DNA of 10,681 nt, taken from contig NW_002061106.1 of the NCBI RefSeq assembly GCF_000150275.1, positions 1 through 10,681 on the forward strand. Direction: 5' to 3'. How positions within the stretch are numbered: position 1 is the stretch's first letter; each line of letters opens with the position of its first letter. The stretch is from Trichoplax adhaerens (taxonomy: Eukaryota; Animalia; Placozoa). Below the pieces are notes generated by a model that ran no database searches, had not been told where the DNA came from, and saw nothing but the letters and a program-made list of their open reading frames with translations. Shown piece after piece: positions 1-8,370 of this stretch. The translations under genes were made by a program, and so were the position numbers.

Positions 1-717
1 ATAAAAACTGATATAAAAACATAATAACAAGTTACACCTCTTATTACGTGACCGTGGTTTATAAATGGTTAAATATACATTTAATATAACAAGATGAAGG
101 AATGCGGAAGTTTTGCTAACGGAGAAAATAAAATACTGTAACTAAAGGAACTAAAATCAGCGTGTCGTTGATAGATATTATGTTCGTATGTAATGTTACT
201 GTACCAATATACTATAATAGATACGACAACAATGTAAACATTAGGTTTCATCATATTAAAATATTTAATGATTATATTTGACGCAATAATAGTCTTGGAA
301 CATAAAAGATGAAAAACCTTGCAGCTTTCTTGAAGGAATAATAAAGCGACATGTTAATGAGATGGGTTTGAATTTATCGATTGTATTCGCTATAAAAGTT
401 AGTAGGAAAAGTGCTATAACAAAGTACACCGTTATGTTACGATATGAGAGTTTAGCTGGAGATAATTTACAGTCATGAACTGTATTGTTAGCAAAAGAAA
501 TTGATAAATAACCGTACTTAAGCGATTATCGCTACGAGTAAATGAGAACTTTTTCCGGGAAATTTATGTCGATTTTCGACACTTAATTAATCAGTTTAAT
601 ATTTAAACCTTTCTGGTTAATAAAATATATTGACGATAGTTTCTTGCTGAAATGTATTTCTTAATTGATTAGAAATCAGAAAAAAGCATTTACTAGTTTT
701 TTAAAGTCAAAACATGC
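1..717 (+). repeat. Long direct repeat, left copy (extent limited by window edge)
   Basis: Row-by-row match to 9961-10681. Differences at 215, 427, 503, 616, 655, 656 and 683, plus a 4-bp TTAG duplication in the right copy. Confidence 0.98.
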
Positions 718-799
718 GGTTCTATTTCATGTGTGCAGCTGCATAAGAGTTGGAACATAGCGCAATTAAAGTGGGAAATAGATCATTGCTGATATAAAA

Positions 800-915
800 C
801 GATAACTCGTTCCACTCCGTTTATAATATATACGGTACCGTAGTAGCGGATTAAGTAAACTGAAACTGCTGAATCATTAGAACTAGTAATCTAACCACTA
901 ACTTGAAAACATTGC
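800..915 (+). repeat. Diverged family A unit
   Basis: GATAACTCG...TTAAGTAAACTGAAACTGCTGAATCA (core 854) ...CTAACCACTAACTTGAAAAC follows the family A motif order. The core is 892 bp (5 x ~178) before core 1746. Confidence 0.65.
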
Positions 916-1704
916 AACAAGCCAATATTGGTCATTGTAGCAAGAACGTATTCATCTATTCAAGAGGCTTAATAATACACGAGACATCGCTTGTAAATGA
1001 TCGACAGTTTTGTCAAATTTCCAACTTTAGGGTATTAATAATCGTCAGTGTTTTATAGCAGATTTACGAGTAGGCCTATTTTAATTCTCTGCTCAAGTGC
1101 TGACATGCAGTCTAGTGACCGGTAACTCAATAACGGGTATTAAATTTCTAATAGAAGTTTAAATCTCATTACTCGATCTTAGTAATCAGAATATCATTTA
1201 ACCTTTTAGCGAATACAATTACATTGATAAAGGGTAAATTGCTAGCAAAAGAGCGTCTTACAGGGAACATGTAGGGGTTTCATTTCCCCAAAATTGAATG
1301 TTTGAGCAGATTTTATTAGCTGTAAGATTTCGAAAATCAGTGTTCTACATGCGGGTAATCACGTTGTGTAGAAGTCTCATTCTCGATCGCTTCGTGGCTA
1401 ATAACTTTATAGAATACCTATTTTAAGCTACAGATTTCGTACGATATGATTTTCTAATCTTTTATCTAAGTTCTTAGTTTAGAAGCTAGTCATTAGTGTA
1501 AGCTACGTCAAAAACTCTCCGTAATGGCGCACATATTGGAAGACCACGAAAGTGTCGATATTTTAGAATAGAGAAGAAGTGTGTTGACTGCGTTACGAAG
1601 CCAATAGATGTTGTTCCTTTCGACTGTAGTACATCAGCCTATGAAGTTATAACAAAGAGCAGCTAAAATGTGAAATAGATCTTACCTGGATTAAACGAGG
1701 ACTT

Positions 1705-2810
1705 ATGTTACTCAGTCTATGATTTTATAATTGAGCAATGGGTTAAGTAAACTGAATAATTTCTAAATTACTTGAAATAACGGTTAAACCGCGAACCTGA
1801 TGACGGTTAAAATACATACAATCCCAGTTGCATTAGTATGGGCGATTGTAATAAAGAATCAACTCAGTTATTACGGGATACTCGCTTTCTTAATCTATTA
1901 CAATTTACAAAGGCAATAGAGTCAGTAAACTGTAAAATTTCGAAATTACCTAACTAGTATTTTAAGTATTATTGCAAATGGCTTAAAAGTACAATCCAAA
2001 CGGCTTTAGTATACTAGATTCTAACAAGAATCAGCTTAGACATTTAAGATAATGTGCTATCTCTATCTGTTACAATATATTACAGTAATTAAGAGAGTAA
2101 ACTGAGAATTTCTAATTCATAACACTGAACCTGGAGCTTAGGCATTCAATTGAGAAATATAATCTAAAAATACAATTCTGACTGCTTTAACAAGCGAGAT
2201 TCCGATTAGAATCAACGTAGATGTTCGAGGTTACTCGCTCTTCTAACCTGTTGCAATATACTATACTAGAACGATTGATTGAGTAAATTGTGGAATTTCT
2301 GAATTCGCTGCGCTCAAGGTTTAGGCACTGTCTAGAAAATATAATTCTAAAAGTACAATTTGATTACAAAGACATACTCGACAGTGAAATAACACATTCA
2401 AACATCAAGATAACTGACTTTCTCAATCTATTACGATATACTAGGGCGATGGAGTAAGTAAACTGTGAAATTTCTGAATGAGTTGCTCTAGGGGCTTAGG
2501 TGTTAAGTTGAAATAGATTCTAAAAAATACATTTCTGTTTACAGTAGCATACGAAATTCCGACAAGAATCAACTCAGATATACCAGATTTATTCGCCCTC
2601 TCAATCTATTACAACATACGTACTAGGGCGATGGACTGAGTAAAATGTGAAATTTCTGAATCAGTTGAACAGAGGTCTAAGCACTTACGTGAAAATGATT
2701 CTAAAAAATACAAGGTTTGGTAGTAACATTAGCATACGCGATAGCGATAATGATCAATCTAGATATTCAAAGGTAACTCTCTCTCTTTCTTGATCTATTA
2801 CAATTTGTTC
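1705..2810 (+). repeat. Degenerate tandem array, family A, ~172-186 bp units (6 consecutive units)
   Basis: Core AGTAAA(C/T/A)TG..(A)ATTTC at 1746, 1924, 2096, 2282, 2457 and 2639 (spacings 178, 172, 186, 175, 182). Ordered sub-motifs: CTAAAA..TACAA; AAGAATCA (1854, 2026, 2564; TAGAATCA 2207); ATCT(A/G)TTAC (1893, 2065, 2426, 2604, 2793). The exact 15-mer TACTAGGGCGATGGA occurs at 2439 and 2621. Confidence 0.93.
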
Positions 2811-2909
2811 AGGCATGTGATACAGTGCCTTCTCATAAATAAAATAAGAAATACAGTTTCTTGTCAATTTCACTTAATTTCGTAAGTTAGGTTCGTCTAA
2901 CCACTGCTA

Positions 2910-2942
2910 AAGACTATCTCTAGACTATCCCTAGACTATCTC
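2910..2942 (+). repeat. 11-bp minisatellite x3 (WAGACTATCYC)
   Basis: aagactatctc / tagactatccc / tagactatctc. Confidence 0.9.
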
Positions 2943-3014
2943 TTACGAGTTGACATATACTGTATACAAATTTGTAGTCTCATATACAATTTATCTATTT
3001 TCGTACAATTTAAC

Positions 3015-3190
3015 AATCTCAGTGTTAGATACATTGGGGATGTACTACAGGGGATTAGCGTGAGTAAACTGAGAAATTTCTAAATCATATCGTTTAGACA
3101 AGAGGTTTAAGCACAAACTTGAAAACGATTCTAAAACGTACAATCCCGACTATAAATTCTTACAGTTAGCAAAAGAATCAGTCCAACAGT
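3015..3190 (+). repeat. Detached family A unit
   Basis: GAGTAAACTGAGAAATTTCTAAATCA (core 3063), then GGTTTAAGCAC, TTGAAAACGATTCTAAAACGTACAATC, and AAGAATCA at 3173 (offset 110, as in other units). Confidence 0.88.
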
Positions 3191-3902
3191 TTAGCGTTGT
3201 AGTATTTTTATTTAATGTCTCAGTAAAGAAACGGCTAGCTGAAGATTTTTTAAATGTAGTTTAATTATATTTAAAAAAATAACATGGAATTAACTGATAA
3301 ATATCACCATATCGACTACATAGAAAAATGATTCTTTACGTATAACATATAAACGGTCAAACACTACTAGCCTATTAGTAAAACACCATTTTACAGCAGA
3401 CTGTGTATAACCTAGTCCAATATGGTAACTGCTACAGTATTTAAGTAGACTTAATTTTATCAGCCAAAGTATTAAGAACTAACCGTATCCTAGTATAGGA
3501 GGTACATATCTATTTTGGCTTCTAGCAAGAATAGTGACTCAATACACTCTACCATATCCAGTCTATCTTTACCTAACATAAAGGCTTCTGTTACAGTCTA
3601 GGGTTATAAGCTACTAACTGTAAATAAGGCCTATTATAAATGTAGAAAGCTATTAAAGTATACCGTACATCATATTTAACATGGCTAATAATCTACTATC
3701 TAATACTAAGTTTCTTGTTAGGGCCAATAGAAGGTACGGCATCAAAGTAATTCAATTTTTACTGGATATCAGTCAATTTTAAGTGAAGGTTGATTACTTT
3801 ATCATATCAACGGACCAATACGGTGTTACAGTAAATCATTCGCTATTTAATGAATTAAATCTTTGTATGGATTTATAATGCATGATTACATTTTAGAGAT
3901 AA

Positions 3903-6158
3903 CTAAAAGGGCATTATAAACTCTAATTCTCTTTCTGTAACTTTATCTAAGTTGGGAAGTTTATCTCGACATTTACTTAAAGATTCTAGAGCTGTCTGAT
4001 GGGAATCGTCGATATCTGAGCTATCATGCAGAGTTTTTTCAATCTTTTGTAAGGCCCTGATAGCTAGTAAAAGGTTACTGCGTCGTTGATTTTTACGAAA
4101 GCTATACCACATTTTCGCACGAGCAACTAGGAAATTAGAGAATCTTTCATTAAAAAATTTCCCTACATAGGCTACAGCTTGTATACCGCCATCAGCAGGC
4201 CATCTATCGAGCTTTCTACCTTCAGTTATATATAATTCACAATGTATTAATAGCTGATTAGCAATTTCTTCTGTTATTAATTTGTGTCGATGCAAAATTT
4301 TGTATAATTTCGCTGTCTTTTCGCCATCAGAAAGGAACTCTTTAATCCATTTAAAGTGTGCATGTCCTTTCTGAACATCGCGTAGTAACCGAAAAGTGAA
4401 GTCCTCTATTTTTTCCTCATGGGAGTTACCTAAAAATTGCCACTTTTCTTTCTCACCCAGCACTTTCTGCTTATTGCTAGATTCTTTACTCAGCTTTTCT
4501 AATAGGAAATTTTGTAGTATGTCAAAAATACTTGCTATCCTATCATTGTCGTCCTTAGGTATTTCTAAGCTTAAATGAAAAAATTTTTTCTTTAAAAATG
4601 AAAATAATCTTTTATCATTCTCTTCTTCTGTGACTGCAAATTCTAATTCCGAAGCTATCCAGAATAGCGCTTGCAGGATTGTAGCTCCAAATTCGTTTAT
4701 CAGCTCGTTTCTTGATAGCAAAATACTTAATAAATCTTTGGAATGTAGCCGGTGCATATCGGAAACTTTAGTTTTCAACTGAAAGAAGTTCTGAAAAATA
4801 TTATTCTGTGCTCTTCGCAGAAGTTTTCTCACTTGTTTACATAATTGATCATCATCTTCTATAGTATTGAAATGCTTTATGAAATATGGAATAACGCTAA
4901 GGCATGCGTTCATGGCTTCTATTTCTCTATCTGGTGTAACTAGCCTATGCAGTGTATCATACAAAGAGTCAATGGCCCAAAATGCATTCTTAAATCGCCA
5001 ACTCGGATTCGAATCTACTCTGGCTATAAAATAATTTGCTAGAGTTTGCGTAAAAGCCTCACCCAGTAATGCCATAGCTACAAAGCCACCATCGATATCC
5101 CAATAGTCAGGATTTCCTTCGTGTTCTTTAATAACTATTTCAAACTTCGAAGTAAAATCTTCTGCTTTGCATAGCGTTAATTTATGTAATGTGTAAGAAT
5201 AAACAAAATTTTTATCGTGTAGGCTTTCAATATCTATACTTGTATCTGTAAAGCCAGTTGTTTCCGTCTCTTTTTTCTGGTTCACCGGAGTTATATTACT
5301 GTTATACAGCTGTAGCGATAATTCTGTGACTTCTTCGTTTTCAGTTTCTTCCTCGCTATTTTGACTACTTCCTTGACTATCTTCGATATAATTCGTTTGA
5401 TATTCATTGATATATTTTATAAGTTCAGTCGCCCATTCATTTTCCGCTAAATAGGATTTTAACTGTTCAATTTGTTCTTTCGTATATTCGTATAAGCAAT
5501 CGTGGAATAGTTTACGGGAACCCGCTCCCATAATATCAATCTTTTCAGTTATTAGCTCCCACAACCTCAGTATAACGACTTTTCGTTTTTCATCAAGTTT
5601 TGGTATTATCGATTCTTTATCAATACTCACTTGCGCAGCAAACCTGAAGAACAATCTGTAATTAGGATGATATAAACACTTTTTTATCCACTGTTTAATT
5701 GTGTCAGGAAAATAATCTGTAAGCAGAATATCTTTGATGAAAAATACTGCAGCGAGGTAGTCTTTATATGTGTCATGAAGAAATTGAAGATTTTGCTCTA
5801 AATTATCAGCATTTAACACAAAGCCTGTGTTTGGTAATTCCTCGGTTGTTTCATTTACATTTTGGATTTTATCGAAAAGATTACTAATAACATCATCATT
5901 CAAAGTAGAAACTTGCTTAAAAGCTTGTGCTAATAATGTATTTGTAAAGGCAGTTCCCAATACAAGCGTATAAGTAGATCGTGTTTTAGTTGAAATAGTG
6001 TCACATGGAAGGTATTTTTCAAAATATATTGTAAGCTTTTCCTTGAAAAATTGTTGGAAAAGTTTTACAGTACTATATGAATTATGACTACTCAGAATAG
6101 ATGTCATATTCTGTAAATTAGGCGATTTACGAGACCACTCACGAAATTGATTTTCCAT
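3903..6158 (-). CDS. C-terminal fragment: post-NACHT helical/putative sensor region with ~300-aa internal repeat
   Basis: 751-aa ORF whose frame extends upstream through GIPLESYIYCET. Composition looks helical, with an acidic S/E-rich linker (EDSQGSSQNSEEETENEE). The motif EG..D.W..DGG..A.A..G..F....N...AR occurs twice. No ankyrin, LRR or WD40 repeats recognised. Confidence 0.75.
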   Translation of the reverse strand: MENQFREWSRKSPNLQNMTSILSSHNSYSTVKLFQQFFKEKLTIYFEKYLPCDTISTKTRSTYTLVLGTAFTNTLLAQAFKQVSTLNDDVISNLFDKIQNVNETTEELPNTGFVLNADNLEQNLQFLHDTYKDYLAAVFFIKDILLTDYFPDTIKQWIKKCLYHPNYRLFFRFAAQVSIDKESIIPKLDEKRKVVILRLWELITEKIDIMGAGSRKLFHDCLYEYTKEQIEQLKSYLAENEWATELIKYINEYQTNYIEDSQGSSQNSEEETENEEVTELSLQLYNSNITPVNQKKETETTGFTDTSIDIESLHDKNFVYSYTLHKLTLCKAEDFTSKFEIVIKEHEGNPDYWDIDGGFVAMALLGEAFTQTLANYFIARVDSNPSWRFKNAFWAIDSLYDTLHRLVTPDREIEAMNACLSVIPYFIKHFNTIEDDDQLCKQVRKLLRRAQNNIFQNFFQLKTKVSDMHRLHSKDLLSILLSRNELINEFGATILQALFWIASELEFAVTEEENDKRLFSFLKKKFFHLSLEIPKDDNDRIASIFDILQNFLLEKLSKESSNKQKVLGEKEKWQFLGNSHEEKIEDFTFRLLRDVQKGHAHFKWIKEFLSDGEKTAKLYKILHRHKLITEEIANQLLIHCELYITEGRKLDRWPADGGIQAVAYVGKFFNERFSNFLVARAKMWYSFRKNQRRSNLLLAIRALQKIEKTLHDSSDIDDSHQTALESLSKCRDKLPNLDKVTERELEFIMPF

Positions 6159-8088
6159 AGTTTCGCAGTAAATATAGCTTTCTAGAGGGATACCTATAGT
6201 TGATGTGACTTTTTTTGTTCCTTTTTAAATTTTTCCACACTGCATTGACAATTTCATTTTGATTTGGCTGCAATCCTTTATCATTATTCTCTTCATTCCA
6301 AATCTTCTCTATATATCTCTTGATATATGTTTTAAGCTGCGGTTTATTATATTGTTGTAATCGAAAATATTTTACCAATTGATGAAATTTGGGTAGCTCG
6401 ATGTCTTTAATCGCATAAGGTCTCGTAGTTATCAAGATAGATGTTGATGATGGAATGATGTCAAGCCATAACCGTAAATTATCAATTTGATCCTGGTCTT
6501 TCATTTCATCAAAGGCATCAAGCAGCAAAAAAACTTTACCTGTCTTTTTCATATCTTCTTGTAGAATTTCCAATTGCCAATTTTCCCATTCATGTCCTGT
6601 TGCCGCAGTAGTAAAAATGGAAAACAGGTTTGGAGTTGATGATAGCTGAATTTTAGGTAAACTAATAAAAATCCTCCAGCTAATTTCATCTTCGTACTCC
6701 TTCCATTTATATCTTTCATTCAAGCAAAAAGCAGTTTTACCATGGCCAGCATCTGCTAATAATATTGAAAAGTTATTAAACTTGAACATGTCTTTATCGG
6801 AATTGGCTGATTTTCCCGAATTTTCTTTAAAGTCGTAGTCCAATGGTCTGTGCAGTTTTAACTTGTTAGGATTGTCTTCGATAGTTACACTGCTACATGT
6901 ACTATCCCGGCACTTCAGCTTTATGTAGATAATATTTTTTTCTTTAAGACTTTCAGAGTCTCCGATGCAGATTAATTGCTTACCTTGAATTTTGTTGTTA
7001 GAAAAATCAGTATCCGATATATTTCGTAATAAAATATACCTTACGTTCTTCAGTTTTGACGAATCTGTTTCCTGTATTATTTTCGCATAGGATTGAAATC
7101 CAATTTTCTCGTCGGATTGAAGTTTACCTTTGCAATTTATATTAAACCATGTACTGCATTTCTTCTCTAACTGCTCTTTGCTAATGTTATTTTTGAATAG
7201 AAAGAGTGTAGCTGTCACTTTCGTGAGTAAGTTTTCTAAATCGTAAATCGGTACACCTTCAATCACATCATTGGGTACGTAAATATTCTTCTTTAGTTCC
7301 ATCTTACTTTCCGGTCTTTTCTCGTTCAATCTTTTTCGAATTGTACCCATATTATCTAAGTCTGATAGTAACGAAGATAAATCGCATGAGGTATCCTCGA
7401 TGAATCTTGAAAGCTGATAAAATTTACCGCCCAGATCAATATATTTATTTTCATCAGTTTTATATATAGATTTAATTTGATTCCCTGAAAGCCCTTTAAT
7501 GTTTATACTCGTGCTTCCACCTTCTTCAAGATTTTGATTACCTTCTACTGTTGTTTGATCATTTTTTCCTGAAGGTAGCGCCATTGATTCTGGCAAGCTT
7601 AAAGTATTATCGTTGTTATCATCGTCAGTATGTAATAAAATATCTAAATCGCGCTTCTGCTTATCCTTCAAGAGCAACACTAGTTTTTTCTTGCTATCAT
7701 TTGCCTCTTTCACAATAGGTTGTAAAAGTTGAGATAGTGTGCTCTTCGAGCCAGCTAGACAATCTATAATTATAAATTTTGTAAGATTTCCTTTAAGAAT
7801 CTTCGGTATAAGGTCTAATTCTTCTACCGAAAGTTTATCGATTTCGACAAAAATCCATTCATCGTCCTTGATTTTTTCTTGAGTGTAAGATTTTACTGTC
7901 TGATAAACTCTCGCCTTAATTCCAATACCGGTAACCAAGGCAATGAAAGGCGGCTTACCAGTATCTTCTAAAAAGTTCAGCAAACCTTGTACCTTTAAAT
8001 TGTCTATTGCTGGATATTGTTTAAACTTTTCCATATAATTCTTTGTGTGAGAGAGAAAGTGATATCGAAGTGCATTACTAAAATGCAC
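6139..8088 (-). CDS. Central fragment: NACHT (STAND-class) NTPase
   Basis: Walker A ILLADAGHGKT (ADAGHGKT 6756-6733), strand RIFISL, Walker B VFLLLDAFDE (6534-6505; NACHT-type hhhhDxhDE), sensor-1 ILITTRP (ITTRP 6432-6418). The HD1 GxP motif GIPL (6194-6183) lies in the +1 frame just after the frameshift. The frame is open upstream of GTG 8088 as far as TGA 8157-8155. Confidence 0.88.
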   Translation of the reverse strand: MHFSNALRYHFLSHTKNYMEKFKQYPAIDNLKVQGLLNFLEDTGKPPFIALVTGIGIKARVYQTVKSYTQEKIKDDEWIFVEIDKLSVEELDLIPKILKGNLTKFIIIDCLAGSKSTLSQLLQPIVKEANDSKKKLVLLLKDKQKRDLDILLHTDDDNNDNTLSLPESMALPSGKNDQTTVEGNQNLEEGGSTSINIKGLSGNQIKSIYKTDENKYIDLGGKFYQLSRFIEDTSCDLSSLLSDLDNMGTIRKRLNEKRPESKMELKKNIYVPNDVIEGVPIYDLENLLTKVTATLFLFKNNISKEQLEKKCSTWFNINCKGKLQSDEKIGFQSYAKIIQETDSSKLKNVRYILLRNISDTDFSNNKIQGKQLICIGDSESLKEKNIIYIKLKCRDSTCSSVTIEDNPNKLKLHRPLDYDFKENSGKSANSDKDMFKFNNFSILLADAGHGKTAFCLNERYKWKEYEDEISWRIFISLPKIQLSSTPNLFSIFTTAATGHEWENWQLEILQEDMKKTGKVFLLLDAFDEMKDQDQIDNLRLWLDIIPSSTSILITTRPYAIKDIELPKFHQLVKYFRLQQYNKPQLKTYIKRYIEKIWNEENNDKGLQPNQNEIVNAVWKNLKRNKKSHINYRYPSRKLYLLRNYGKSIS

Positions 8089-8140
8089 ATTGATTGCTTT
8101 TTTAAAAACTTCCGCAGTAATGTAAGTGGTTTTAAGGCTG

Positions 8141-8370
8141 CTAAACCATTGTATTCATGGTCTTATGTACTGCATAGAATACTTCTTGCTGGCCAATATT
8201 AGTGTGAAATCCAAGCTCTTTCAAAATTAGATCCTCTAACTGTGAGCAATTGGGCTGTTCATATTTAAATATAAATTCATCGAGGAATTGATTAATCTCA
8301 TCTTCCATAGCATTACATAAAATTGCTGAACAATTCAGTTTATCTTTATTATTTTTAATAATTTTTTTTT
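8141..8370 (-). CDS. Hidden bridging reading frame (-1 relative to both flanking ORFs), not in the ORF track
   Basis: Open for ~75 codons from the A9 run to TAG at 8143-8141. It contains EINQFLDEFIFKYEQPNCSQLEDLI, resembling the 'FL..L.F...QPN..EL..II' motif I recall from arthropod/endosymbiont nuclease-NACHT proteins (recollection, not a search result). ORFs 9387 and 8088 share one frame, so the two shifts compensate. Confidence 0.75.

Noticed and set aside
734-931. 10-bp palindromes TGCAGCTGCA (734) and CCAATATTGG (922) as regulatory sites
   Set aside because: Several such short palindromes are expected by chance in 10 kb.
1705-2810. Decayed protein-repeat gene (~59-aa repeats)
   Set aside because: Unit lengths are mostly not multiples of 3 and the ORF track has nothing here.
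1705-3190. CRISPR array interpretation of family A
   Set aside because: Period ~178 bp, degenerate repeats, homology extending through the would-be spacers, and no cas genes.
4396-4578. 60-aa plus-strand ORF
   Set aside because: Short, antisense to the main gene, no motifs.
8017-8202. 61-aa plus-strand ORF
   Set aside because: Antisense to the bridging coding segment; no independent support.
8155-8335. Intron joining the two same-frame ORFs
   Set aside because: The segment is an open frame with plausible family motifs, so splicing it out would delete coding sequence; frameshifts are the simpler explanation.
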